From the IMG/VR virus record IMGVR_UViG_3300026105_000002, positions 1 through 58,515 of that record: 58,515 bases of DNA, one strand, 5' to 3'. Under the pieces are notes generated by a model. The model made no database searches and was not told where the DNA came from. It saw nothing but the letters and a program-made list of their open reading frames with translations. Numbering within the stretch: position 1 is the stretch's first letter; every line of letters begins with the position of its first letter. A program made the translations under genes and the position numbers. The stretch is from a virus. Taxonomy: Duplodnaviria; Caudoviricetes. This document shows, in pieces, positions 32,777 through 42,614 of this stretch.

Positions 32777-33889
32777 TTAGCTAGGGTTTTCGTTTGAACC
32801 AATGATGTAGTCAATGGCCTGATCTTCTCTGTAGTCAACGCTTCCAGGTACGTTGTATGTGCTGCCACCAACATCAAGCGATGTGGTTGCAACTGGAGCT
32901 GGGTGACTTTCAGTAACACTGTTGGTAGCAATTACTTGAGCACCTTTAGATACACTGAAACTGGAAATGTCAGCTGTGATAGAAGTGTTCAAGTAGCTTA
33001 CAGTGTTTCCAGAAATTGCACTCACTGTCTTATCTCCGTTGAATAGGTTTCCAACGTTTTTCACCGTAATTACATCGCCAACCTCAATTGCAGGGGGTGC
33101 GCTAAAGGTTAGAGTTGCAGTAGTGTCAGTTACTGTTGCAGCTGCGCTGTTAACCGTGATGGTTGACGGCTCTAGTGAAGTAGCTGAGGTAAAGATAACC
33201 TGGTCGGTTGCATTGTCGGTCCAGGTGTAGAATCCGTTTAGACCAGTTGGTGCATAGTCTGTACGTGCGTAAGCGTATGGACGCTCTGCAGCAATTGGGA
33301 ATTCCCAACGTCCGTCTAGACCTGACTTAAAGTTAGCATTTCCTAGGCCGTAACCCTCAAAGGTGTTGGCTAGTAGGCCGTTCTCAATTACACGGTCACC
33401 ACTCTGACGCATCTTCACAAATGGGAATACCCAGTGGAAGTATGGAAGAACTCCAGCCTTCTTACCGTCCTTGATAGCGTGTGACCATGCCTCAACTGCA
33501 ACACCGTTACCGGCTGGATCATCACCAACACCAGGAGCAGCCCAACCAACAGATTTGTTGTTTGGGTCATTTTCGGTTCCCAGGTTCTTGCGAAGAAGCA
33601 GTCCACCTGACAGCAAAGCTGAAATTTCTGGATCTGGCTCGCAAATAGCAAGCTCCATTGTGATTCTCTTTAGAGTGTCGGGAGCCTTGTATGTAACACA
33701 TACAATACCGTTAGCGCCCTTTTCTGTAATTTCGTCACCCTCTTCATACTCTGGGGTGAAGGAAATCCTCATAAAGGCAGATGTTGTGTAACTATCATCT
33801 GGGCCCGTCATAAGGTTTCCAGCAGCATCTAGGCGGGTGACACGGATTGACACACCCTGAATGCTGGCTGCATATTCTTGAGTAGCCAT
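32777..33889 (-). CDS. Major tail protein with C-terminal decoration domain
   Basis: IRVTRLDAAG, PEYEEGDEITEKGANG..C, YFHWVFP, IENGLLANTFEG; AGGAG SD. Confidence 0.8.
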   Translation of the reverse strand: MATQEYAASIQGVSIRVTRLDAAGNLMTGPDDSYTTSAFMRISFTPEYEEGDEITEKGANGIVCVTYKAPDTLKRITMELAICEPDPEISALLSGGLLLRKNLGTENDPNNKSVGWAAPGVGDDPAGNGVAVEAWSHAIKDGKKAGVLPYFHWVFPFVKMRQSGDRVIENGLLANTFEGYGLGNANFKSGLDGRWEFPIAAERPYAYARTDYAPTGLNGFYTWTDNATDQVIFTSATSLEPSTITVNSAAATVTDTTATLTFSAPPAIEVGDVITVKNVGNLFNGDKTVSAISGNTVSYLNTSITADISSFSVSKGAQVIATNSVTESHPAPVATTSLDVGGSTYNVPGSVDYREDQAIDYIIGSNENPS

Positions 33890-33914
33890 TTAGCTATTCT
33901 CCTTTGGTTTCTCG

Positions 33915-34793
33915 TTATGCCGACAGATCGACTCTGGCGGCTAGGTGGATGGATGTGTCAAAGTGAACCGAAGCAGTTCGGAACGCTTTGATACGCATGT
34001 CATTTGCATTTCCCGACACATCGTAGCCCTGGGCTAGACTGTCGTTTACAACCTCTGAAGCACCCAGGTGTACTGATACTGTTCCAGTGGCGTAAATCCA
34101 TTTATTGATGTCGCTGGCGCTTGTGCCGTCGTCACCTACGGGTCCGTCTCCGGTGAATCCGGAACCAATGACAACTTTTGAACCAAGAATGGTTATAAAT
34201 GATTCTTTCTCTTTGCTGTACTTAATTTTTGTATCTAATAAAGAAGCGACATCAGCAGTCATGTGAATAATTGGTTGCTCGCCAAGAGGGGAGCGCCTAC
34301 GAGCGTCGTGCTCAACCAAAGCAAGAGCTCTGTCCACTGACAAAGCGTTGCCTGAGTTCAAAGCAGTTACAGTAGAAGCGTCTCTCAGGTACGGGTTGCC
34401 AAGGCTCTCCGACTGAGTAACTGATCCAGTCCAAAGTTCGTTTTCAACAGCTTTTTGTGTAACAGCATCAAGCTGCTTAAGAACTCTGTCAAAACGATCT
34501 TGACCAATAATTCCAAAAGTAGAGTCTGTGTCTTCTACCTCAATAAAGAAAGGCTTTACTTCAATAAATCTTGCAGGCTTACCACTAGCAGAATAAATAC
34601 TTTCCGAGCTGTTGTCGGTGTCGTCTAGGTTTTTTACAGCTGTTGGCTCAGCGTTAAATTCTTGTGAGTATCCTCGGACCCAGCGCTCTTGAGCAGGCGT
34701 TGCGTCGTAAGTTTCGGGCTTAATTGTGCTGAATAGGCCAGCTTTACTGGGGTTCAGTTCTGGTGCGGTAAAAACACCGTTTTCAAAAGCCAT
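33915..34793 (-). CDS. Second capsid protein (putative pentamer-forming/minor capsid protein)
   Basis: Directly after the capsid gene; KPFFIE, QKAVENELWTG, IIHM, VVIGSGF, WIYATG, recalling cluster-B-type actinophage capsid pairs. Confidence 0.55.
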   Translation of the reverse strand: MAFENGVFTAPELNPSKAGLFSTIKPETYDATPAQERWVRGYSQEFNAEPTAVKNLDDTDNSSESIYSASGKPARFIEVKPFFIEVEDTDSTFGIIGQDRFDRVLKQLDAVTQKAVENELWTGSVTQSESLGNPYLRDASTVTALNSGNALSVDRALALVEHDARRRSPLGEQPIIHMTADVASLLDTKIKYSKEKESFITILGSKVVIGSGFTGDGPVGDDGTSASDINKWIYATGTVSVHLGASEVVNDSLAQGYDVSGNANDMRIKAFRTASVHFDTSIHLAARVDLSA

Positions 34794-34827
34794 TTACAGG
34801 TCCTGTCCTAAATCTAAGTTTTTGGGT

Positions 34828-34863
34828 AGGGAGTGCCCGGGACCTAAGTCCCGAACACCCCCT
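34828..34863 (-). terminator. GC-rich hairpin after the major capsid gene
   Basis: AGGGGGTGTTCGGGAC-TTAG-GTCCCGGGCACTCCCT; no U tract. Confidence 0.7.
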
Positions 34864-34879
34864 CGAGCACTATTTTATT

Positions 34880-37126
34880 TTAGAGCTCAATTTCGGCAGC
34901 TGTTGCACCACCGGTTGTGTCGCGGAGAGCTGCTGCTACACCGTTGACACTAATGGTTGATGTCACCTTCAGTGACTCGACTCCAACGAACGCTACGTTC
35001 TCGAAGGTCTCAACGAACATCTTGTAATCGTTGGTTCCAACAAGTGAGCTGTCGCGGATGATACCTAGGTCTAGAGTTCCGCCATCCAAGAATAGGAAGC
35101 TTCCCTCTGCGAACAGATACCAGTCGAAGCTGTCTGCGAACTCGTTTAGAGCTCCAGAAGCCTGTGCACCGAATGGGTTTCCGTCCAAGGTTGGTACTAG
35201 GTCTACGTTAACGTTTGCTAGGTAACCGTTGATCTCTGACTGTGATACAGCCAAAGTTCCATCGCCTGGCATTGCCAAGGTCAAGTCCGCTGCCATCGCG
35301 TCGTATACCCATGATGGGATAACTGCCTTCAAGCGGGTGCTTGGGTCTAGGCGGTGACGTGAACGGTAACCGGTTGCTGCACGACGTAGCTGTACCAAAA
35401 AGTCACGACCAAAGCCGATCAGGCTTGAGGTGGTAACTGCGGTTGAAGCTGCACCAATCTTGTTTAGCAAGTTAGCCTCTGCCTCACGTGCGTGCTGTAC
35501 CAGACCTAGCTCGTTGTGACGAGCAATCAACTCTGGGTATGCACGGGTCATGAGGTTACCGAACTGCATCTGCAGGGTAATAGCGTCTGTCTGGACGGTG
35601 TTCTCTGCAGCGGCTTCTACGGTGTAACTTGTCTTAGCAGATGGATTTGGAGTATCAGCTGCATCATTTGCAGCAGTCCAAATACCAACAGCATCAGCAT
35701 AGGTACCGTCAGCGAACTGAGGTGGGGTAACGAATCGGATACCACCACGGTCTGCCTGGAAACGTGGCAACATGTCACGAACTGGGCGAACGGTGGTTGA
35801 ACCAACGTTGTAGATATCGTACTGAACCTCGACAGGTGCGGCGTGTCCACCGGATGCAACAAGTGCGTCCTGTCCGACAACGGCCTCAATCTTAGCCTGG
35901 TTCTCTAGTGGGTCAGTACCGAGAAAACGATCCTCTGGGTACTGGGTGGCGAAAGATGCAACAATGTGCTGCTCTCCATCTCCTCCGTTAACACGACGTA
36001 GGCTGTGCAAGCGCTTCTCCATAGCGGTTGCTACCTCGTTCATGCCTTTCATTTCTGTGCCGGCAGTGTATCCAGGAATGTCAGCACCAGCAGTGATTGC
36101 CACTGGAGCCTCGGTTACCTGAACAACTGGGCGACGGTCAGCGGGAGCTTCAAAGCTCTCGTCAGCAGCTGCAGTCACTGTAGCCTGCCCTTCCTCTACC
36201 TCTTCGGTAGAATTTGATAGTTCGGTGTTTTCTTCGGTCGAAGCCTCAGAACCTTCTGTTACCTCTGATACTGCTTCTGCAGCCTCTTCGGTTGCGAGCT
36301 CGGTTGCGGTTTCAACAGGTGCTTCAGCAACTGTCTCTTCCTCATTTGATAGCTCAGTAGCGGAATCAGTTGCTTCAGCAACCTCTTCTTCCGCCGATGC
36401 CTCAGTAGCAACCTCGGTTACAGTTTCTGCGGTTTCCTCCTCAGAAGAAGCTTCAGCCTCTACTTCGGTGTCAACGGCAGCTTCTGCTACCTCTTCGGTT
36501 GCTGCCTCAGCGGCAGTTGATTCTTTAACTTCTTCCGACTCGGTTGATAGTTCAGAACCGTCTTCCTGATCGGTTGATGCTTCAGCGGCGCCTTTGGTCG
36601 AAGCAGCGGACATTTCGTCCTCGTCCTCGTCCTCGTCATCGCCTGACTTGTTGTAGCCCATTTCGTCTTTGGACTCTTCCTCGGTCTCCTTATCAGAATC
36701 CATTCCGGCCTCATCGGCGTCGGTCTCTTTGACCTTTGCCTCATCCATCATTTCCTCTTCCTTAGAAGCCTCGGTTTCAGGGGCGTCCTCCATGGCTGCC
36801 TCCTCCTTCTCCTCGGTCATAGGCTCATCTTCGGTATTGTCAGCCATTTCCTCTTCGGCTGCGTCGTCACCCTCGCCCTTGACACGTGAGGCGGCTTCAG
36901 CAGCTTTCGCTGCCAATTCAGCAGCCTGTGTTTCGCGACGAGAAAGCTCGTCACGTACAATGTCAAGAGAGTCGGCAAGCGACGTCATAGCATCAACTGT
37001 CTCAGGAGTAGGATCTTCACCCTCAACCATTTCAAACTGGCTGACAATATCTGCTTGTAGCTCTGCGACTTGCTCGTCGCTTAGCTCAGCAATAGTGTCC
37101 AGCTGAGTTTTGATTTGGTCGTACAC
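34880..37126 (-). CDS. Major capsid protein with a fused acidic scaffold region
   Basis: GTG at 37126 follows an AGGAGG SD (preferred over 37204); coiled coil, then a long Glu/Ala-rich segment, then the capsid domain ALVASGGHAAP...RGGIRF...LDLGIIRDS..TNDY..F.E. Confidence 0.85.
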   Translation of the reverse strand: MYDQIKTQLDTIAELSDEQVAELQADIVSQFEMVEGEDPTPETVDAMTSLADSLDIVRDELSRRETQAAELAAKAAEAASRVKGEGDDAAEEEMADNTEDEPMTEEKEEAAMEDAPETEASKEEEMMDEAKVKETDADEAGMDSDKETEEESKDEMGYNKSGDDEDEDEDEMSAASTKGAAEASTDQEDGSELSTESEEVKESTAAEAATEEVAEAAVDTEVEAEASSEEETAETVTEVATEASAEEEVAEATDSATELSNEEETVAEAPVETATELATEEAAEAVSEVTEGSEASTEENTELSNSTEEVEEGQATVTAAADESFEAPADRRPVVQVTEAPVAITAGADIPGYTAGTEMKGMNEVATAMEKRLHSLRRVNGGDGEQHIVASFATQYPEDRFLGTDPLENQAKIEAVVGQDALVASGGHAAPVEVQYDIYNVGSTTVRPVRDMLPRFQADRGGIRFVTPPQFADGTYADAVGIWTAANDAADTPNPSAKTSYTVEAAAENTVQTDAITLQMQFGNLMTRAYPELIARHNELGLVQHAREAEANLLNKIGAASTAVTTSSLIGFGRDFLVQLRRAATGYRSRHRLDPSTRLKAVIPSWVYDAMAADLTLAMPGDGTLAVSQSEINGYLANVNVDLVPTLDGNPFGAQASGALNEFADSFDWYLFAEGSFLFLDGGTLDLGIIRDSSLVGTNDYKMFVETFENVAFVGVESLKVTSTISVNGVAAALRDTTGGATAAEIEL

Positions 37127-37144
37127 TGTACCTCCTAGGCCAGT

Positions 37145-37245
37145 TTCGGTTAATGGACGTCTAAACGCCCGTTGATTAACAGTCAAGGCAAGGGACTTGG
37201 TCATAACAAAGACGCCAAGGCACTACACCTACGATAATTTTACCC
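37145..37245 (-). promoter_or_regulatory. Capsid gene promoter and structured 5' leader
   Basis: GGG-TAAAAT at 37237-37245; hairpins CTTGG...CCAAG and GTTAAT..GGGCGT-TTAG-ACGTCC-ATTAAC. Confidence 0.55.
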
Positions 37246-37251
37246 TATTTT

Positions 37252-40200
37252 TTATGTGAGTAGTCGAAGCAGCTTGCTCATCTCAGATTGAACCTCTGAC
37301 TGAGAATACACATCTGCTCCAGACATGTATGATTTAAGGCTCTGAGTTGCAACATCAGCGTCTTCTTTACCAATTTTTGACTCTACTCGAGTAATCATTC
37401 CTTCAATTAAATCTTTCAATCCTGTAGGGAGATCACTGTATTTAAGCTTTTCTGCGTCTTTACCGAAGGGAAGTGGTAAGTTGGCAATAGTTGTCCCAAG
37501 CTCTCTAGCTGTAAGACGAACATTTTCTAGTGCTTCTGGATTTAGTGCTTTTGCATCCAGTCGGTCAATCATGCTTAATAGGTCAGAACTGGCTTGAGCC
37601 GATTTAGTGTAGTCACCTACGAACTCTAGATTTTCGGCTTCTTGGACTTTTTGCAAGGCCCTCTGCAAACCTGCATCTCCAAGGTCTTGCTTTAGTCTAG
37701 CCAAAACCTTACGGTACTTGCCTTTAGCATCGCGAGGCTGATCTACTCCGGAAATATACTTTCTACGACCTTCTTCAGGATCAAAATCTCCACCTCTATC
37801 GGCTTCTTTTTTAACCTCTTCAGCGGCTTTAATCTCTTCTTCAGTTTGCTTATCAGCATCCTCTTTGGCTTCTCTAAGCTCTTCAATCTCTTCTTCTGTT
37901 GGCTCGTCGCCTTCTGCAAACTGAGAAGCAGAAGCTGCAATGGTCTGACGCATTTCTTCTACTTTAGAAGCCAACTCATTGGTGGCAGCAAAGGTCCACT
38001 TTTCAGGGACAAGGTCCAATTGTTTTAGAGCACGTGCACGCTTGCGAATGTGGCGGCGCACTTTTGCTCTATCTTCTGGGTTTGAACGACCATATGCTTG
38101 AATAGCATTTTTTAGGTCTTCAACATTCCTAATCGGGTAGGAGCCATCAGGCAGGGCCTTACCTTCTTTAGCTAGCTCTTCACGTTCTTCTCTTGTGAAC
38201 TTAGCTAGCTCTGCAACAGCTGCAGCAGTAAGAGCACGCTCACGCATGTTGTCTACGTTAGACGCTGCAACTTTTGCATTTTCAGCGGCTAACGCACGCT
38301 TTGCTTCCTTGACACGGACCTTTAAATCTGGTGCGCTGATTGCAAGCTCTGCTAGTTGACTTGACTTTTCTACAAAGTAACCAACAGTGGGGTGCTTCAT
38401 GTATGCGAAGAAGCTGGCACCAGCAGCAACTAGAGACATAACCTTGCCAGATGCAACCATCGCACGGGCAATAGGGAATCCTGGAACGTTTACTTGGCAT
38501 ACAGCGACAAGCTCAAGAGCACCTTCAATTGGCCTCCAGTCACCGGAAGGTGCAGAAGCGCGCAAAGCACGAACCTGAGGCTCGGTTACCTCTGGGCGAA
38601 GTGATCCTGCTACCCAAATGCCGAACTCGTCTTCTCCTGCGTGAACATCTGCAATTGCGGATGCAGTGTCGTCGTAGTGCTTAGCGGCTGATTTAGCATC
38701 TGCCTGAAGTGGAGCGTGACCACCAGCAAGAGTTAGCTGCCCAACTGGAACATCTTTGCCTGCATCGGTGTGAACAAGCCCGGTGTGAAAATATGAATAC
38801 TTACTGCGAGAACGTGGCGGCTTTGTTGATCGAGGTAGACCAATGTGACTGACGTGCCAAGCAGCGATGTGGCCATAAATTCGACCATCTTTACCGACAG
38901 TTAGAGGGGTTGGTTTGGTTAGTTTTGGCGACTCAAACCACTCCTGAGGAGGGACAGCTGGAATATCTGTTTCAATATATCCTGATGCCATAATAGGCTC
39001 AACTGGGCCCATGTCTTCTAAAGACTCTTCGTACAGCCCGTCTGAGGGGGTCACATCGTCCTCCTGGTCCCCGGTTTCTTGGATTGAAATAGTGCATTCT
39101 TGGAATGCAGGCTTAGCTACAATTGTAGCAGCCATGACTCTTGCTTTATTTATAATCAGCTTGTCTTTGCCCATGTCTTCGTCATCGGCGTTTTCAGATT
39201 TCTCTTCTTGTGCCTCAAATTGGTCTAGGTCAGCAGACACGCCTCGCAAGAAACCATTCTTAACCATTCGCTCTGCTTCACGGCCGTAGGGGCCAGTGTC
39301 AAATACACCGTATGCATTTCCAATGCCTTTGTCTGTTTTCTCCATGTAGTCAATTCGACCTACAACCACAGACCCACTGTGACCGTCTCCAGTCTTAATC
39401 TGCCAAAGTAGGGGAACAGGCAGTTCACGAACTCCGATAGCATCTTTTTTAAACTTTCTACCGTCGCCGGACTCTGTGCCCTCAGGGATAACTAGAGGTA
39501 TGTAAAACTTTGCTCCTTGAACAACAGTTTTCGCTGAAGCTAAAAGAGATACCTTTTCGCGAGCATCTTGTGCGCGAGCTGATAGTCCAGTTTTGTGTAT
39601 TAGTTTTTCATCAAATTCTGATTCTGAAGCAAATAAGGTTCCGCTAGAAAGAATTCCTTTACGACCTTTTCCTACGTTGTATTTGCTTCCGGTATATACG
39701 CCAGTCATTTCCTTGTGACGAAGCTGACAGTATCCTTTTGCACGTGGTCCCATGTATTTGGAAAGCAAGCGGACACATCGGGTCCAATCTCCAGGAGTGC
39801 CCCACATAATTTTTGCACCACCGACCCCACGAGTCCAGTAACGGCGAAGATTTTCGGCGTTGCCTCTGTTTCTGTCTAATCCTCCTGCTGCCAGAAGCGG
39901 GTCAACTACTTTATCCCAAAAAGCTAATAAAGATGCGGAGGCGGAAACTGGAACTTGATCCACTTGCTCTAGTACATCGTTAAGGACTTTTTCATCGTCT
40001 AGCTCAACGACAGGCGGTGGAGTAGAAGATTTCAAATCCAACAATATCTGATTATTCTGTACCCATTTGCCTTCTACCCTCTCATACAAAAGCGGTTCAG
40101 TTGTTTCTGCGGTGCTAGGTACAATGGCAACTAAATCCATAACAGCAGACAAGTCATCAGGGGACACTAACGCCAGATATTTAGCTGGGATGTCTGAGTT

Positions 40201-41778
40201 TTCTGGGTCTTGAGTTTTAGCGGCTGCAGTTACAGCAAAATCCTTGCCGTAGCGATCTTTCATGTACTTTTTATCGTAGTCACGCAGACCTGGAACCGTA
40301 TCATCGTAGTATTTATATTCACCACGTTGGCTATCCACCCATGAGTCCCAGTTGTTGAGAAGATCACCAATGTCTTTTTGCGTTAGCGCTGGTAGTGTGC
40401 CTGGTAGTTGAGCTTTAGGGGACCCCTTAGGGGTTCTGGGCTCTCCTAGTATCCCTTTTACATTTAAAGGAGCTGATGGCTTAGGAACTGCCATCGGTGC
40501 GTCAACATCTTCTTCCGCTTGGGTGTATTTAGAGTCAACTTCTACAGTTTTTCCACTGTCTAAACGAACTTTTACTTTACCTGTTTTGCTATTGACTTCA
40601 GTTATAGTGCCTGATCCTCTTTCAGGATCGTTTGCAATAACTGTTCTTGCTCCCGCTGAAACAAACTTGCCACCTGCATCGCGAGGTTGATTTTCGGCTT
40701 TAGCTGAACGCTCTTCTTCGGTGTAATCGCCATCTTGATCAGTTACCGATTCGCCGGCTGCAACCATAACTCGGTCTATAATCTCGAAGTCTTCCTCTAC
40801 AAGACCATCAGACATTAATTTGGTTTCTTCAGGGTCAATTTCTTCTAAAAGAACTGGCTGGAAAGGACGCTCCTGCATAAATGCAGAAATAATTACAGCT
40901 GAGGAAGGGTCAACCATAACGTGAGTTTTTTCTACAGTGTCATATGGCTCATCCAATGAGCGGTCGTAAAAGTAGACATCCCCGTCAACGTGGCCTAGAT
41001 CGTCCCAAACACAGTCGTCCCAAATATACACACGGCCATCGATATCAATTTTATATAGACGGTCGATACCAGAGCCATCCATACGAACACGGACCATAAA
41101 TTCTGGACCTGCATTCATGTCTAGCTCATGTGCAATTTTAAATGCGTCTAGGTCAGCACTGTAGTCGTCGTCGTGAGAATAAGTGTCAAACTCTTCTTCA
41201 ATTCTTTCTAAGTTATATGCACTGGCAGTCTTAGCTTTTTTGTCTTCACGCTCTACAATGGTCGAGGCCCAACGCTGTCCAGCGTCTCCACCCCAAAGTG
41301 CCCAGGCGATTCTGCCTGCAGAAGGAAAACCATCGTCTCCGTACTCGTAGCCTTTGGCTTTTTTGTCCACCTCATGGCGAGGAAAGTACTTTGCAATGTG
41401 GCGAACTTTTTCAATGCCAATCTGCCCGCCCTTGGCCAGACGGCGAGCTGTGTTGTATCCGACTCTGGTCCCACCGCGGTCGTGCTCTTTTCTCCACTTA
41501 AGTCCTTTTTTGGCTTCCTTTTGGACGCCACCAGGAATTGTGTACATGCGCCTACCGTCAGAAACTAGTGGCTGATCTAAAGTTGTCAGAGCCGCGTCAG
41601 CCAACTCTTGAGTCGATGCGTCAACAGAGATGTCTTCTGTGTCCCAGTCACGTGAAGCTGTAAGCGCACCAAAAGTGCTGTCTTCTACAACAATATTTAA
41701 AGTAGTGTCAACAACTATAGCTTTGTCTTTTTTTGAAAAGAGAGCTAAGTTATCTGACTTACCAATTAGTTTTGCCAT
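37252..41778 (-). CDS. Multidomain capsid maturation protease polyprotein
   Basis: Central HK97-type protease-like domain (PEGTESGDGR, PLLWQ..H..SVVVGRI, LRGVSADLD); additional modules RIAWALWGG, QPRD+SH3-like, RNRGNAENLRRYW, ALPDGSYPIRN. Confidence 0.75.
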   Translation of the reverse strand: MAKLIGKSDNLALFSKKDKAIVVDTTLNIVVEDSTFGALTASRDWDTEDISVDASTQELADAALTTLDQPLVSDGRRMYTIPGGVQKEAKKGLKWRKEHDRGGTRVGYNTARRLAKGGQIGIEKVRHIAKYFPRHEVDKKAKGYEYGDDGFPSAGRIAWALWGGDAGQRWASTIVEREDKKAKTASAYNLERIEEEFDTYSHDDDYSADLDAFKIAHELDMNAGPEFMVRVRMDGSGIDRLYKIDIDGRVYIWDDCVWDDLGHVDGDVYFYDRSLDEPYDTVEKTHVMVDPSSAVIISAFMQERPFQPVLLEEIDPEETKLMSDGLVEEDFEIIDRVMVAAGESVTDQDGDYTEEERSAKAENQPRDAGGKFVSAGARTVIANDPERGSGTITEVNSKTGKVKVRLDSGKTVEVDSKYTQAEEDVDAPMAVPKPSAPLNVKGILGEPRTPKGSPKAQLPGTLPALTQKDIGDLLNNWDSWVDSQRGEYKYYDDTVPGLRDYDKKYMKDRYGKDFAVTAAAKTQDPENSDIPAKYLALVSPDDLSAVMDLVAIVPSTAETTEPLLYERVEGKWVQNNQILLDLKSSTPPPVVELDDEKVLNDVLEQVDQVPVSASASLLAFWDKVVDPLLAAGGLDRNRGNAENLRRYWTRGVGGAKIMWGTPGDWTRCVRLLSKYMGPRAKGYCQLRHKEMTGVYTGSKYNVGKGRKGILSSGTLFASESEFDEKLIHKTGLSARAQDAREKVSLLASAKTVVQGAKFYIPLVIPEGTESGDGRKFKKDAIGVRELPVPLLWQIKTGDGHSGSVVVGRIDYMEKTDKGIGNAYGVFDTGPYGREAERMVKNGFLRGVSADLDQFEAQEEKSENADDEDMGKDKLIINKARVMAATIVAKPAFQECTISIQETGDQEDDVTPSDGLYEESLEDMGPVEPIMASGYIETDIPAVPPQEWFESPKLTKPTPLTVGKDGRIYGHIAAWHVSHIGLPRSTKPPRSRSKYSYFHTGLVHTDAGKDVPVGQLTLAGGHAPLQADAKSAAKHYDDTASAIADVHAGEDEFGIWVAGSLRPEVTEPQVRALRASAPSGDWRPIEGALELVAVCQVNVPGFPIARAMVASGKVMSLVAAGASFFAYMKHPTVGYFVEKSSQLAELAISAPDLKVRVKEAKRALAAENAKVAASNVDNMRERALTAAAVAELAKFTREEREELAKEGKALPDGSYPIRNVEDLKNAIQAYGRSNPEDRAKVRRHIRKRARALKQLDLVPEKWTFAATNELASKVEEMRQTIAASASQFAEGDEPTEEEIEELREAKEDADKQTEEEIKAAEEVKKEADRGGDFDPEEGRRKYISGVDQPRDAKGKYRKVLARLKQDLGDAGLQRALQKVQEAENLEFVGDYTKSAQASSDLLSMIDRLDAKALNPEALENVRLTARELGTTIANLPLPFGKDAEKLKYSDLPTGLKDLIEGMITRVESKIGKEDADVATQSLKSYMSGADVYSQSEVQSEMSKLLRLLT

Positions 41779-42171
41779 TTAATTCTTTCGATGTACTTTC
41801 TGATTGGCTTTAATAGCCTTGTCCATTTCTTTTTCAGAAACAGGGTCAATTGACAAATCTGCATATTTTCTTAGGTTGTCTAAAGTAAGTTCGCCTTTGT
41901 CATAAAGTTTTAAGGCCTCATGGGTCATCACTTCGTAGTCGTAGAAATCAGAGCCTTCAGGAGCTACGGACGTGTCTGTATCCCAGTCTAGGCTGTAACC
42001 TTTGTGGTTAGCCAGCTCATCGTAAAGTCCGCTGTCTTCTGGCGTAACGAACTCCCAGTCGTTTTCAAAACGGTAAAACATCCCAAATGGAGTAAACGAG
42101 AACGCGTCATCTACCTCGTTAGTCTGAGGGTTGACGTAAAAAACAATATCTACGAGATCTTCTTTTGCCAT
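41779..42171 (-). CDS. Acidic hypothetical protein
   Basis: Abuts the protease gene; TGA-TAAAAT extended -10 at 42209-42217 upstream. Confidence 0.65.
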   Translation of the reverse strand: MAKEDLVDIVFYVNPQTNEVDDAFSFTPFGMFYRFENDWEFVTPEDSGLYDELANHKGYSLDWDTDTSVAPEGSDFYDYEVMTHEALKLYDKGELTLDNLRKYADLSIDPVSEKEMDKAIKANQKVHRKN

Positions 42172-42236
42172 TTAAATATCTTTCTGCGCAGGATAAAACA
42201 GCACTATTATTTTATCACATTGGATTTTTGGTAGTT

Positions 42237-42614
42237 TTAATTTATAATTCGACGGCCGTATTCGTCAAATTCATTATTAACGAGCCCCATTTCTTCAAGA
42301 GTAGGTGCTTCCCCGTCTACAACAATCCTATCAGACGAAAAAGTGTTAAATACGAAAAAAACCGCGGCGTTTATGTTCTCCAGATTGGGGTTAGTGGGGA
42401 TAGAAGGCCCTTCAGGAGTGATGCTGTACTCTTCTCCAAACTCGATTTCGCGAGAAATAGCGTTTTGTTGGACACTAAACAACGCCAACTCAGAAGAAAA
42501 AGAGTTTTCTTTTGCCTTTAATCCTTCTTTTGGGTCCCAAATGAGCTCTGATTGAACATCGACATCGGGGTTTTCTGGACTAATTATGAATGTTACTGGC
42601 TTTGTATATTCCAT
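42237..42614 (-). CDS. Acidic hypothetical protein, candidate immunity partner
   Basis: Start overlaps the stop of the HExxH protein (TAATG at 42614). Confidence 0.6.
   Translation of the reverse strand: MEYTKPVTFIISPENPDVDVQSELIWDPKEGLKAKENSFSSELALFSVQQNAISREIEFGEEYSITPEGPSIPTNPNLENINAAVFFVFNTFSSDRIVVDGEAPTLEEMGLVNNEFDEYGRRIIN

Noticed and set aside
37127-37204. Capsid start at 37204 as in the ORF track
   Set aside because: GTG at 37126 has an AGGAGG SD and the upstream stretch folds like a leader.
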